DNA of 64,000 nucleotides, taken from assembly GCA_963739885.1 (NCBI GenBank), contig CAVUCC010000003.1, positions 9,580 through 73,579 of the forward strand, written 5' to 3'. Each line of letters opens with the position of its first letter. Within the stretch, counting starts at the first letter, position 1. This document shows, in pieces, positions 9,119 through 18,844 of this stretch. The position numbers were made by a program, and so were the translations under genes. The notes under the pieces are model-generated. The model was not told where the DNA came from. It made no database searches and worked only from the letters and a program-made list of their open reading frames with translations. The DNA is from an uncultured Chloroflexia bacterium. Lineage in GTDB: Bacteria > Chloroflexota > Limnocylindria > Limnocylindrales > CSP1-4.

Positions 9119-9359
9119 CGGAGCGAGTATGCGGCCCAACGCGCGTCCATGCCCACCGGCGACCGACTCCCAACCGACCGACCGCGCCTTCCGCGTACCT
9201 GACGCGGCCCTCCGTCCGGGACGCGGGAGCTGCGGCACGCCGCGATGCGTCCGACCTGGCCACACGCGCCCGCCGGCTCGGCGCGGAAGCCGTCGTCCGA
9301 GGTCCATCTTGCTCATCGCTGCCGGCTGACCCCACAGGGACACCCGGTAGACTGCGGGC

Positions 9360-10382
9360 ATGCCCCGCTTCAGCTACGGCGGCCAGGCGCTCATCGAGGG
9401 CGTCATGATGCGTGGCCGAGACGCCATCGCCGTCGCCCTTCGCCATCCGGACGGCCGGATCGTGTTCGCCACCGAGCGGCTCGACTCCGGCTTCCACGGC
9501 AATCGCCTGTCGCGCGCCCCGTTCGTGCGGGGCCTGGTGGTGCTGTACGAGACGCTGGTCGTGGGAACACGCTGGCTGATCCGCTCGGCAGGCCTCCAGG
9601 TCGAGGGCGAGGGTGTCGAGATCGGCAAGGGATCGGTCGCGATCATGCTCGGCATCACGGCGATCCTGGGCATCGGACTGTTCTTCATCCTGCCCCTGGT
9701 CGTGGCCACGTTCGCGGCCGGCAACGTCGAGAACGATCTCGTCCAGCATACGATCGAGGGCCTCGTCCGGATCGCGATCTTCCTCGGCTACCTGGCGCTG
9801 ATCGCCCGCACGCCGGACATCGCCCGCGTCTTCCGCTACCACGGTGCCGAGCACATGACGATCCACGCGCTCGAGCACGGCGATCCGCTGCGACCCGAGG
9901 CGATCCGCAAGTACCCGACCGCCCATCCCCGGTGTGGCACCGAGTTCCTGGTGGTCGTGATCCTGCTCTCCATCCTCGCCTTCAGCCTGGTCGGTCGCCA
10001 GTCGCCGGTGATCATGGTGGGCAGCCGGATCCTGCTCATCCCGGTCATTGCGTCGGTGGGCTACGAGCTGTTGCGGCTGGGCGCGCGGCACCGATCGAAC
10101 CCGGTGGTCCGGGTGATCATGTGGCCCGGGATCCTGGTCCAGATGATCACCACCAAGCAGCCCAGCGACGACATGATCGAGGTGGCGGTGGTCGCGATCG
10201 AGGAGGCGCTGCGAGCCGACGGCGAGGCGGTACCCGAGGGTGGGCTGGACCTCGCTCGCGACCCGATGCCGCTCCAGGGCGAGACGGCGGCGACGGTGCG
10301 CGGTGTGGCAGGCCCGAGCGAGCCGGCGGTCGAGGGCGAGGCGATCTCCCCGGTCTCGATCGATCCGCCGCTCCCCGGTTGA
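9360..10382 (+). CDS. DUF1385 (YqhQ-like) membrane protein
   Basis: FSYGGQALIEGVMMRG and RYHGAEHMTIHALEHG are the DUF1385 signatures. The gene is in its usual position upstream of prfA/prmC. Confidence 0.8.
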   Translation: MPRFSYGGQALIEGVMMRGRDAIAVALRHPDGRIVFATERLDSGFHGNRLSRAPFVRGLVVLYETLVVGTRWLIRSAGLQVEGEGVEIGKGSVAIMLGITAILGIGLFFILPLVVATFAAGNVENDLVQHTIEGLVRIAIFLGYLALIARTPDIARVFRYHGAEHMTIHALEHGDPLRPEAIRKYPTAHPRCGTEFLVVVILLSILAFSLVGRQSPVIMVGSRILLIPVIASVGYELLRLGARHRSNPVVRVIMWPGILVQMITTKQPSDDMIEVAVVAIEEALRADGEAVPEGGLDLARDPMPLQGETAATVRGVAGPSEPAVEGEAISPVSIDPPLPG

Positions 10383-10415
10383 GCCGGACGCTGGCGCGGA
10401 CGGTGGAAGCGGATC

Positions 10416-11546
10416 ATGGCTGACGAGCACGGCCTCGACGCCAAGCTCGTCGACCTCGCCACGCAGTACGACGAGGTCTCGGCGCAGCTCGCGACCCCGG
10501 AGGTCCTCGTTGATCCCGCCCAGCTCAAGCGGCTGGGCCGGGAGCTGGCCCGCCTGGAGCCGGTCGTGGCGACCTACCGGGAGCTGCAGGGGATCCGGTC
10601 CCAGCTCGACGGCGCCCGCCACATGCGCGAAGCGGAGCCGGACGACGACATGAAGGCGCTCGCGCGCGAGGAGATCGCCGCCCTCGAGGCCAGGGAGCAG
10701 GCGCTGCTCGACGACCTGCGCGTCGAGCTGCTGCCGCGCGACCCCAACGACGGTCGCAACGTCATCGTCGAGATCCGGGCCGGGGCGGGTGGTGAGGAGG
10801 CGGCGTTGTTCGCGGCCGAGCTGCTGCGCATGTACACGCGATACGCGCAGGAGCATCGCTTCGGCGTCGATGTGATGAGCGCCAACGAGACGGGCATCGG
10901 CGGCATCAAGGAGGCCATCCTCGAGGTTACCGGCGATGGCGCCTACAGCCGGCTCAAGTTCGAGGGCGGCGTTCACCGCGTCCAGCGCGTGCCCACGACC
11001 GAGTCCAGCGGCCGGATCCACACGAGCACCGCGACCGTGATCGTGATGCCGGAGGCCGATGAGGTCGAGGTCGACATCGACGAGGAGCGGGAGCTCCGGA
11101 TCGAGGTCAAGCGCTCGAGCGGCCCCGGCGGCCAGTCGGTCAACACCACCAATTCGGCGGTCCGGATCACCCACCTGCCCACGGGGCTCGTGGTCGAGAT
11201 CCAGGACGAGAAGAGCCAGCACAAGAACAAGGCCAAGGCGATGGCCGTCCTGCGCAGCCGGCTGTACGACATGGAGCTCGCGAAGCAGCGCGAGGAGCAG
11301 AGCGCGACCCGCCGAACCATGGTCCAGGCCGGGGACCGGTCGGAGAAGATCCGGACCTACAACTTCCCCGACAACCGGGTGACCGACCATCGGATCGGGA
11401 CCACGATCCACAACGTCCCGGGCGTGCTCGCCGGGCAGCTCGACCCGCTGATCGATGCGCTGGTGATGGCCGACCAGGCCGACCGGCTTCACCACCTGAC
11501 GGAGAGCCACGATGGCGCGACGCCGAGCGCAGTCGCCCGCGGCTGA
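10416..11546 (+). CDS. prfA: Peptide chain release factor 1
   Basis: GGQ motif (GPGGQSVNTTNSAVRITHLPTG) and the RF1 codon-recognition region (RVQRVPTTESSGRIHTSTATV). Confidence 0.95.
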   Translation: MADEHGLDAKLVDLATQYDEVSAQLATPEVLVDPAQLKRLGRELARLEPVVATYRELQGIRSQLDGARHMREAEPDDDMKALAREEIAALEAREQALLDDLRVELLPRDPNDGRNVIVEIRAGAGGEEAALFAAELLRMYTRYAQEHRFGVDVMSANETGIGGIKEAILEVTGDGAYSRLKFEGGVHRVQRVPTTESSGRIHTSTATVIVMPEADEVEVDIDEERELRIEVKRSSGPGGQSVNTTNSAVRITHLPTGLVVEIQDEKSQHKNKAKAMAVLRSRLYDMELAKQREEQSATRRTMVQAGDRSEKIRTYNFPDNRVTDHRIGTTIHNVPGVLAGQLDPLIDALVMADQADRLHHLTESHDGATPSAVARG

Positions 11547-11817
11547 GAGGACCGGGCGCCCTTCGACTCCCTGCCGGATCGGGGATCCATCCGCGCCGGA
11601 TGGGCCCGGTCGGCCATCCGCACCTGAAGCTGCCGGCCGGACCCGATTCGTCGCGCCGGACGCACGCGGGCTGGGGCTGTATGAGGGCGGCACACGCCGG
11701 CTGTCATGCGACCGCCAGGAGCTGGAGCTGGTCCGCGATCGCGATCGGACGTCGGTGGAGGTCCTGGCCAGGAGCCGCGACCTCACCGCCACGGTCCGAA
11801 GCTAGGGCGGGGGATCG

Positions 11818-12732
11818 ATGACCGGCCCTGCCTTCACCGTGTCCGAGCTGCTCCGTCTGGCCGCGGAGCGGCTGGCCGCATCCGGCTCGGAGTCGCCTCG
11901 CCTCGACGCCGAGCTGTTGCTCGGCCAGACCCTGGGGATGGACCGGGCGGGCGTCCTGGCCCACGCCGGCGCCCCGGTCGGGGAGAGCCACCGCGAAGCG
12001 TTCGAGACCGCCATCACCCGGCGCGAGCAAGGGGAGCCGGTCGCCTACATCCGTGGCTTTCGCGAGTTCCACGGTCTCGCGTTCGCGACCGATTCGCGAG
12101 CCCTGATCCCGCGTCCCGAGACCGAGCTGCTGGTTGATGCGGCGATTGCCGACATCGTGGCCCGGCTGGCGAACCATCCCCGGGCGCCTGGAGCTCCCGC
12201 GCTTCGCGTCGCGGATGTCGGGACCGGCACGGGCGCGATCGCGATCGCGATCGTGGCCGCGCTTCGGCGACGCCGGATGGCCGACCACGTGCTCGTGGTA
12301 GCGATCGATGCCTCGCCGGCCGCCCTTGACCTGGCCCGCGAGAACGCGGTCGGGCATGGGGTCGCAGACCGGATCGTGTTCGTCGCGGCGGACCTGATCC
12401 CCCACCACGTGGACCCGCCCTATTCGATGGTGTGCGCGAACCTCCCGTACGTGCCCAGCGCGGACCTCGAGGTGCTGTCACCGGCTCTCTCGTTCGAGCC
12501 CCGTCAGGCTCTCGATGGCGGGCCCGACGGCCTGGACCTCATCCGGCGGCTCGTCGACTACCTGCCGACGTCGCTCGCCGTCGACGGGGTGGCGCTGCTC
12601 GAGATCGGCGCCGGGCAAGGGGACGCCATTGGCCGCGAGGTCGAGACGCGACTGCCGGGCTGGCGATGCGCGGTGTCGCCGGATCTGTCGGGCCGCTCGC
12701 GGCTGGTAAGGATCGAGCGCGGCTCCCGATGA
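11818..12732 (+). CDS. prmC: Release factor glutamine N5-methyltransferase
   Basis: SAM-binding DVGTGTGAIAIA and an NPPY-type motif (CANLPYVPS). Position follows prfA. Confidence 0.88.
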   Translation: MTGPAFTVSELLRLAAERLAASGSESPRLDAELLLGQTLGMDRAGVLAHAGAPVGESHREAFETAITRREQGEPVAYIRGFREFHGLAFATDSRALIPRPETELLVDAAIADIVARLANHPRAPGAPALRVADVGTGTGAIAIAIVAALRRRRMADHVLVVAIDASPAALDLARENAVGHGVADRIVFVAADLIPHHVDPPYSMVCANLPYVPSADLEVLSPALSFEPRQALDGGPDGLDLIRRLVDYLPTSLAVDGVALLEIGAGQGDAIGREVETRLPGWRCAVSPDLSGRSRLVRIERGSR

Positions 12733-13685
12733 GGGACCTTCGCCCGGCGACGCGGCCGGCGCCCGAGCTCCCGATCCGGCTGCTCGCCCTGGACATCGAC
12801 GGGACCCTGGTCGGCGACAGCTTCCGGGTGTCGGACCGGACTGCGGTCGCGATCAGGGCCGCGGTCGGCATGGGTGTCAGGGTGTCCCTGGCGACCGGCC
12901 GGATGGCCAGCTCCGGGGCTGTCTACGCGCACCAGCTTGGTCTGACGGAGCCGATCATCGGCCACCAGGGGGCGGTCGTCCGGATGATGCCCACGCATCC
13001 CGACGTGATCGACCCTCGCAAGTCGCCGTTCCGCGCCCGGGTGGGCCGGCTGCTGCATCACACCTCGCTGGCCGCGACGGCAGCGCGCGAGGCCATCGCC
13101 TGGTGCCTCGCGAAGGGCCTGGATCCGCACGTCAACACCCTGGAGCGGATCATCGCCTGGCGCGGCGACCGGCAGCTCGAGGACTACTCGGGCTACCTGG
13201 GCCCCGACGCCATCATCGTCGCCGACCTGGCTCGCGCGATCCGCCGGCCCGTGTCCAAGGTGATCGCGGTGGGTGAGCCGCCGCGCCCGATGGAGCTGGT
13301 CGCCGAGGCGCGTCGGGCATTCGCCGGCCGGGCCGGGGTCACCGTCTCGCATCCCAGGTTCCTCGAGTTCACGGCGCCGGGTGTCTCCAAGGGACGGGCC
13401 GTCGCCTGGCTGGCGCACCAGGCCGGGATCCCGATGAGCCAGGCGATGACGATCGGCGACGCGCTCAACGATCTCGAGATGATCGCGGCCGCCGGCCACG
13501 GTGCGTCGATGGTGACCGCGCCCGCGGCCGTCCGGGCCGCCGCCCGGTATGTCGCGCCGCCGGTCGAGGAGGACGGGGCCGCGATCCTGATCGAGGCACT
13601 GATCCTGGCACCGCCCGGGTCCGCCGCCCGGAACGCCGCGCGGCTGGCCGAGGAGGCGCTCGCCGCGGCGAGCGGGGCCTCGTGA
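12729..13685 (+). CDS. Cof-type HAD-IIB family hydrolase
   Basis: LALDIDGTLV (motif I) and TIGDALNDLEMI (motif IV). ATG 12729 overlaps the prmC TGA (ATGA). Confidence 0.8.
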   Translation: MRDLRPATRPAPELPIRLLALDIDGTLVGDSFRVSDRTAVAIRAAVGMGVRVSLATGRMASSGAVYAHQLGLTEPIIGHQGAVVRMMPTHPDVIDPRKSPFRARVGRLLHHTSLAATAAREAIAWCLAKGLDPHVNTLERIIAWRGDRQLEDYSGYLGPDAIIVADLARAIRRPVSKVIAVGEPPRPMELVAEARRAFAGRAGVTVSHPRFLEFTAPGVSKGRAVAWLAHQAGIPMSQAMTIGDALNDLEMIAAAGHGASMVTAPAAVRAAARYVAPPVEEDGAAILIEALILAPPGSAARNAARLAEEALAAASGAS

Positions 13686-14338
13686 CGAGGACCCGGATCC
13701 TCCCGGACGGCCCGGAGGCGCGCGCGGTCGCGGCACGGCTCCTGCGTGACGGTGAGATCGTGGCCATCCCCACCGACACCGTCTACGGGATCGCCGCCGA
13801 CCTCGCCCTGCCCGATGCGATCGAGCGCCTGTTCGCAGCCAAGCGACGGCCGCCCGAGAAGGCGGTGGCCGTGCTGCTGGCCGACGTGGCGCAGGCAACC
13901 GGGCTCGGGGTCATGGGCCCCGCAGCCCGGGCGCTCGCTGAACAGTTCTGGCCGGGTGGGTTGACCCTCGTGCTGCCGGTGCGGCCCGGCGCGCGGCTGC
14001 CGGACGTGCTGGCGGCCGGGACCCCGACCATCGGCGTGCGCGTCCCCGACCACCCATGCCCTCGCGCGCTGGCCTCCGGGCTTGGCCCGCTGCCGACCAC
14101 GTCGGCAAACCTGTCGGGCGCTCCGGACGCCCCCGACGCGGCAGCGGTGGGGGCCGCGCTCGGTGATGCCGTCGCGCTCGTCGTCGACGGCGGACCGATC
14201 CGCGCTGGGCCGGCCTCCACGGTGGTCGACTGCACGGGCGCACGCCCCGTCCTGCGCCGGATCGGTGCGATCGAGCCCGGGGCGATCTCCGCCGCCCTGG
14301 ATGCGGCCGGGATCCAGCACGATATCGGCGGAGCATGA
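13682..14338 (+). CDS. tsaC: L-threonylcarbamoyladenylate synthase (YrdC/TsaC type)
   Basis: VAIPTDTVYGIAAD, KRRPPEKAVAVLL and LPTTSANLSG. GTG 13682 overlaps the upstream TGA (GTGA). Confidence 0.88.
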   Translation: MTRTRILPDGPEARAVAARLLRDGEIVAIPTDTVYGIAADLALPDAIERLFAAKRRPPEKAVAVLLADVAQATGLGVMGPAARALAEQFWPGGLTLVLPVRPGARLPDVLAAGTPTIGVRVPDHPCPRALASGLGPLPTTSANLSGAPDAPDAAAVGAALGDAVALVVDGGPIRAGPASTVVDCTGARPVLRRIGAIEPGAISAALDAAGIQHDIGGA

Positions 14339-14446
14339 ACGTGGCTGGCGGCGCGAGGTAGAGTCAGGTCCGGTGACCCAGCGAGCGCCGGTCCGATCCC
14401 TCCCACCGGCTCCTGTGCACGGGCAGCACCGGTCGATGAGCGTTCG

Positions 14447-17020
14447 ATGAGCCTCCTGCGTCCGATCCGCGACACCCTGGCCACGTCGGCCGGCCTGGCC
14501 AGCGAGCGGCTGACCAGCCTCGGCTGGGGACGCCTGCTCCTGTCGTGGCTCGTGCAGGCCGCCATCCTGCTCGTGGTGGGCTGGCTGGTGCCGGGGATCG
14601 CCGTTGGAGATCTCGCCAGCGCCCTGCTCGCCGCCCTCGTTCTGGGGCTGCTCAATGCCCTCGTCCGGCCGATCCTGCTGCTCCTGACGCTGCCCCTGAC
14701 CGTCCTGACGATGGGCCTCCTCTCGCTGCTCATCAACGCGATCATGCTGGTCATGGCCGCGCCGCTCGTGCCTGGCCTGGCCGTCAGCTCGCTCGCCTCG
14801 GCCGTCGCTGCGGCGATCCTGATCACGGTCATGACCACGCTGGTCTCGATCGCCTTCTCGATCGACCAGGATGAGTCCTTCTATGCCGAGCTCAGCCGGC
14901 GGCTCTCGTCGCTGGACCGGGAACGGATCCCCGGCGGGCGGGGCCTGGTCGTGATCCAGATCGACGGGCTCGCCGCGCCGATCCTGCGCAACGCCATCCG
15001 GATGGGCATGACGCCGCACATGGCCAGGTGGATTCGCTCGGGCGCCTACCGCCTCATCGAATGGGAGTGCGTGCCGCCCTCGCAGACCGCGGCCAGCCAG
15101 GCTGGGATCCTCCACGGCAGCAACGACGACATCCCGGCCTTCCGTTGGTACGAGAAGGAGCGCTCGAAGTTGATGGTTGCCAACCATCCGGCCGACGCTG
15201 CGGAGATCGAACGCCGCCTGTCCGATGGGCACGGACTGCTCGCCCAGGACGGGATGAGCGCGAACAACCTGTTCTCCGGGGACGCGCGGCGGACCCTGTT
15301 CACGATGAGTCGGGTCCTCGATCCGTCGCGGGCGGCGGACGTGGACGCCTTCTCGCTCTACTTCGTGGATCCGGCGGCGTTCGTCCGCACGGCCGTCATG
15401 ACCCTGGGCGAGATGGTCAAGGAATGGCGCGAGGCGCGCCGGCAGCGCGTCCTGGGCATCGAGCCGCGGGTCCATCGCGGGGCGGCGTTCGCCGGCGTGC
15501 GGGCCCTGACCAACGTGCTGCTGCGCGACCTCAACGTGACCTTCACCGTGAACGCGATGGGCCGCGGTGTGCCGATCATGTACGTCGACTTCGTGGACTA
15601 CGACGAGGTCGCCCACCACGCCGGCCCGGAGCGACTCGAGTCGCTGCGCTCGCTGACGGGCCTGGACCGCGTGCTGGCGTCGATCGAGCGGGCCGCCGCG
15701 AACGCGCCTCGCGGCTACTCGATCGTGGTTCTCTCGGATCACGGCCAGAGCCAGGGTGCGACCTTCCTCCAGCGACACGGGGTCTCGCTCGACCAGCTGA
15801 TCCGCAGCCTGATGGGCGGGGCATCCTCGATGTCGCTGACCACCAGGGGCGAAGGCTGGGGACCGGTCAACGCGCTGCTGACCGAGATCAGCAACCGCCC
15901 CGGGGTCGCCGGACGAGCCACGGCGTCGGCGCTGGGCCATCGGCGCCAAGGCCGCGCTGTCGCGATCGAGATGCCCCGCGCCGCGCCGGCCCCCGAGACG
16001 CCCGAGGTGGTCGTCGCGGCCAGCGGGAACCTCGCCAACGTCTACTTCCTGACCGAGCGGCACCGCCTCTCGCTCGAAGAGATCGCGGACCGGTATCCCG
16101 GCCTGGTCGACGGTCTGGTCGCTCACCCGGGCGTCGGGTTCGTGCTGGTTCGCTCGTCGGCCCTGGGCGCGCTCGCGATCGGACGCGACGGCGTCCATCA
16201 CCTAACCGACGGACGGATCGACCGCACCGACCCGCTGGAGCCGTTCGGGCCGCGCACCGCTGACGATCTCCGTCGCCTCGACGGGTTCGCGCACGTGGGC
16301 GACCTCCTGATCAACAGCACCTACGATCCCGATCTCGAGGAGGTCGCGGCGTTCGAGGATCTGGTGGGGAGCCACGGCGGCTTCGGCGGTCCCCAGGTTC
16401 GCCCGTTCATCCTCGCTCCTGTCGACCTGCCGTTCGATGGCTATCCCGTCGTCGGGGCGCCGGCGGTCCATCGCCTGCTGGCCGCATGGGCGGACCGGCT
16501 CGGCGTCGGTGCGGGCTCCGGCGCCACGGAGGCGGTGCTGAGCCGATCCGGCCCCATCCCCCAGGCGCGCGGGATCGGAGCTGTGTCGCTCCTGACAGCA
16601 CTCACCAGCACGCTGTGGCTGGTCGCCGGCGTGCTGTTCATCGCCGGGTCACCGACCCTGACGCCAACCGCCGGCCTGGTGGGGATCGACGTCGATAGCC
16701 GGGCGACCCTGACCTCGGTGGGCATCGTCCTGCTCGGATTGGGCGTTGCCGGAGCGATCGCGAGCGTCGGTCTGTGGCGCCGCCGCGGATGGGCGAGGAT
16801 GGCGACGATGGCCTACTACGCGATCGGTGTCCTGCAGGCCATCGCGGCGCTTGGCTCGGAGGGGATCAGCGGCCCGTTCGCGCTCGGGCTGGCCCTGGTC
16901 CTGCTCGGGTTGTTGATCTTCTTCTACCTCTCCCGTCCCCATGTTGCCGCCGCCTTCCGATCGTCTCCCGAGCGAGGTGGTGAGGCCGCCAATCCTGTCG
17001 GGCGCGCGCCGACGCGCTAA
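14447..17020 (+). CDS. Three-part membrane protein: DUF360 (holin-4-like) N-terminus, alkaline-phosphatase-superfamily (type I phosphodiesterase-like) domain, C-terminal TM bundle
   Basis: The N-terminus (LLNALVRPILLLLTLPLTVLTMGLLSLLINAIML) is DUF360-like. The central metal/nucleophile blocks are VVIQIDGLAAP, PPSQTAASQAGILHG, YVDFVDYDEVAHHAGPE and VVLSDHGQSQG. The last ~200 aa form 4-5 hydrophobic helices. Confidence 0.6.
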   Translation: MSLLRPIRDTLATSAGLASERLTSLGWGRLLLSWLVQAAILLVVGWLVPGIAVGDLASALLAALVLGLLNALVRPILLLLTLPLTVLTMGLLSLLINAIMLVMAAPLVPGLAVSSLASAVAAAILITVMTTLVSIAFSIDQDESFYAELSRRLSSLDRERIPGGRGLVVIQIDGLAAPILRNAIRMGMTPHMARWIRSGAYRLIEWECVPPSQTAASQAGILHGSNDDIPAFRWYEKERSKLMVANHPADAAEIERRLSDGHGLLAQDGMSANNLFSGDARRTLFTMSRVLDPSRAADVDAFSLYFVDPAAFVRTAVMTLGEMVKEWREARRQRVLGIEPRVHRGAAFAGVRALTNVLLRDLNVTFTVNAMGRGVPIMYVDFVDYDEVAHHAGPERLESLRSLTGLDRVLASIERAAANAPRGYSIVVLSDHGQSQGATFLQRHGVSLDQLIRSLMGGASSMSLTTRGEGWGPVNALLTEISNRPGVAGRATASALGHRRQGRAVAIEMPRAAPAPETPEVVVAASGNLANVYFLTERHRLSLEEIADRYPGLVDGLVAHPGVGFVLVRSSALGALAIGRDGVHHLTDGRIDRTDPLEPFGPRTADDLRRLDGFAHVGDLLINSTYDPDLEEVAAFEDLVGSHGGFGGPQVRPFILAPVDLPFDGYPVVGAPAVHRLLAAWADRLGVGAGSGATEAVLSRSGPIPQARGIGAVSLLTALTSTLWLVAGVLFIAGSPTLTPTAGLVGIDVDSRATLTSVGIVLLGLGVAGAIASVGLWRRRGWARMATMAYYAIGVLQAIAALGSEGISGPFALGLALVLLGLLIFFYLSRPHVAAAFRSSPERGGEAANPVGRAPTR

Positions 17021-17334
17021 TCGCCGACGGGCGCGACGACCAGACTCGAAGGGGCCTCCCGAACGACGTCGGAGCGGGTCCGCGGCGCTGCGTCAGGGGT
17101 CCCGGCGCTTTCCGGCCCATCGTCCACATTGAGCACGTATCCGATGCCCTGGAACGTCGTGATGGGCCCCGCCTCGCCGGGCGCTGCGCCGAGCTTGCGC
17201 CGTACGCGACTCACCCGCACGCGCAGGTATTGGAGATCGTCGCGGTGCTCGGGCCCGTTGCAGGTCGCGACCCGCCGAGCCCATCGAACCGATGTGCAGG
17301 AACTCGTTGCCGCGGCCGTGGTTCCGCATCCCAC
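17017..17334 (-). pseudogene. Relic of an OmpR/KdpE-type response regulator (C-terminal winged-helix part only)
   Basis: ...GPEHRDDLQYLRVRVSRVRRKLGAAPGEAGPITTFQGIGYVL matches the recognition helix and wing of KdpE-like regulators. There is no receiver domain, and no room for one between 17020 and 17417. Upstream fragments (e.g. GNEFLHIG) are in another frame, and the segment between GRV and WGP is shortened. Confidence 0.5.
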
Positions 17335-17416
17335 CGGGTGGCCGTGGGAAGATACGGCTTGCCGTCACCGCCCCCCAACGAGCCCTTGAGCCAGTCGCCC
17401 GCCAGGAGGTCCACCC

Positions 17417-18836
17417 GTGTCCGACGTCGTCGCCCCGTCCGAGGCCCCCGCCCCGTCCGAGGTCGCCGAGGGCGGACGAGCCGCCGGCCATCCCACCCTG
17501 TCAACGTCGCGCGTCCCGAAGGCTGCGTGGGCACCGCTCGCCGAGGTCGACCCGGCGCTGTGGGCGGCGGTCGAGGCCGAACGTCACCGCCAGGCCGACA
17601 ACATCGAGCTGATCGCGAGCGAGAACTACGTGTGGCAGGCGGTCCTCGAGGCGCAGGGAACCTGGCTCACCAACAAGTACGCGGAAGGCCTGCCCGGCAA
17701 GCGCTACTACGGCGGCTGCGAGTACGTCGACATCGCCGAGGACCTCGCCCGCGACCGTGCGCTCGCCCTGTTCCCGGGTGCCGACCACGTGAACGTCCAG
17801 CCGCATGCCGGCGCGCAGGCCAACATGGCGGCCTACTTCGCGGTCCTCCGCCCGGGCGACCGGATCCTGGGCATGAGCCTGGCCCACGGCGGCCACCTCA
17901 CCCACGGCTCGCCGGTCAACTTCTCGGGCCGGCTGTACGAGGTCCATGCGTACGGCGTCACGCGCGAGGCGGAGCAGATCGACTACGACGCCCTCGACGG
18001 CACAGGCGGCCGAGGTTCGTCCGAAGGTCGTCGTCGCCGGGGCATCGGCATATCCGCGCACCTGGGACTTCGGGCGGCTGGCGGCCATCGCCCACGGCGT
18101 TGGGGCGCTGCTGTTCGTCGACATGGCCCACTTCGCGGGTCTCGTCGCGGCGGGCGTCCACCCGAGCCCGTTCCCCCACGCGGACCTGGTCACCACCACC
18201 ACCCACAAGACGCTCCGTGGGCCGCGCGGCGGGATGGTGTTCGCGCGCGCGGACCTGCCCGATGGTGTGGACCGGGCCGACTTCCCGGCGCTCGGCAAGA
18301 GCACCCTCGCGCAGGCAATCGACAAGTCGGTGTTCCCGGGCATCCAGGGTGGCCCGCTGATGCACGTCATCGCCGCCAAGGCGGTCGCCCTCCACCTCGC
18401 CGCCGGCGACGAGTTCCGCCGAGATCAGGTCCGCACGCTCGAGAACGCGAAGGTGCTCGCCGCGACCATCGCCGAGGCCGGTGCCCGGATCGTCAGCGGC
18501 GGAACCGACAACCATCTGGCCCTGGTCGACGTGACGCCCCTGGGTGTCACGGGGCGCGAGGCGGAGGCGATACTCGACGAGGTCGGCATCACCGTCAATA
18601 AGAACGCGATCCCGTTCGACGTGAACCCGCCCAACATCGCGTCCGGGATCCGGATCGGCACGCCCGCAACCACGACCCGCGGCATGGGCCCCGACGAGAT
18701 GCGCCTCATCGGGCGCTGGCTGGTGGATGCGATCCGGCTGCGCGACGACGAGGCGGCACGGGCCGGGATCCGGGCCGGGGTCCGGGACCTGGTCGCCGGC
18801 TTCCCCGTCCCGGGACTTCCCAACGGCATGGTCTGA
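17417..18836 (+). pseudogene. glyA: Serine hydroxymethyltransferase, split by one extra G at about 17999-18000 (probably a sequence error)
   Basis: ORF 17417.. carries [24 protein letters not shown] and [10 protein letters not shown] up to IDYDALD. ORF 17946..18836 continues [18 protein letters not shown]..., [14 protein letters not shown] and [14 protein letters not shown]. Removing one G from GACGGCACAG restores a single 472-codon frame. Confidence 0.9.
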
Positions 18837-18844
18837 CGGGTGCG

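Noticed and set aside
8904-11792. 962-aa ORF on the minus strand
   Set aside because: It is antisense to the DUF1385 gene and prfA. It has no recognisable motifs and the same GC-driven composition.
13193-16201. 1002-aa ORF on the minus strand
   Set aside because: It is antisense to the HAD, tsaC and DUF360/AP-superfamily genes, and its translation is not protein-like.
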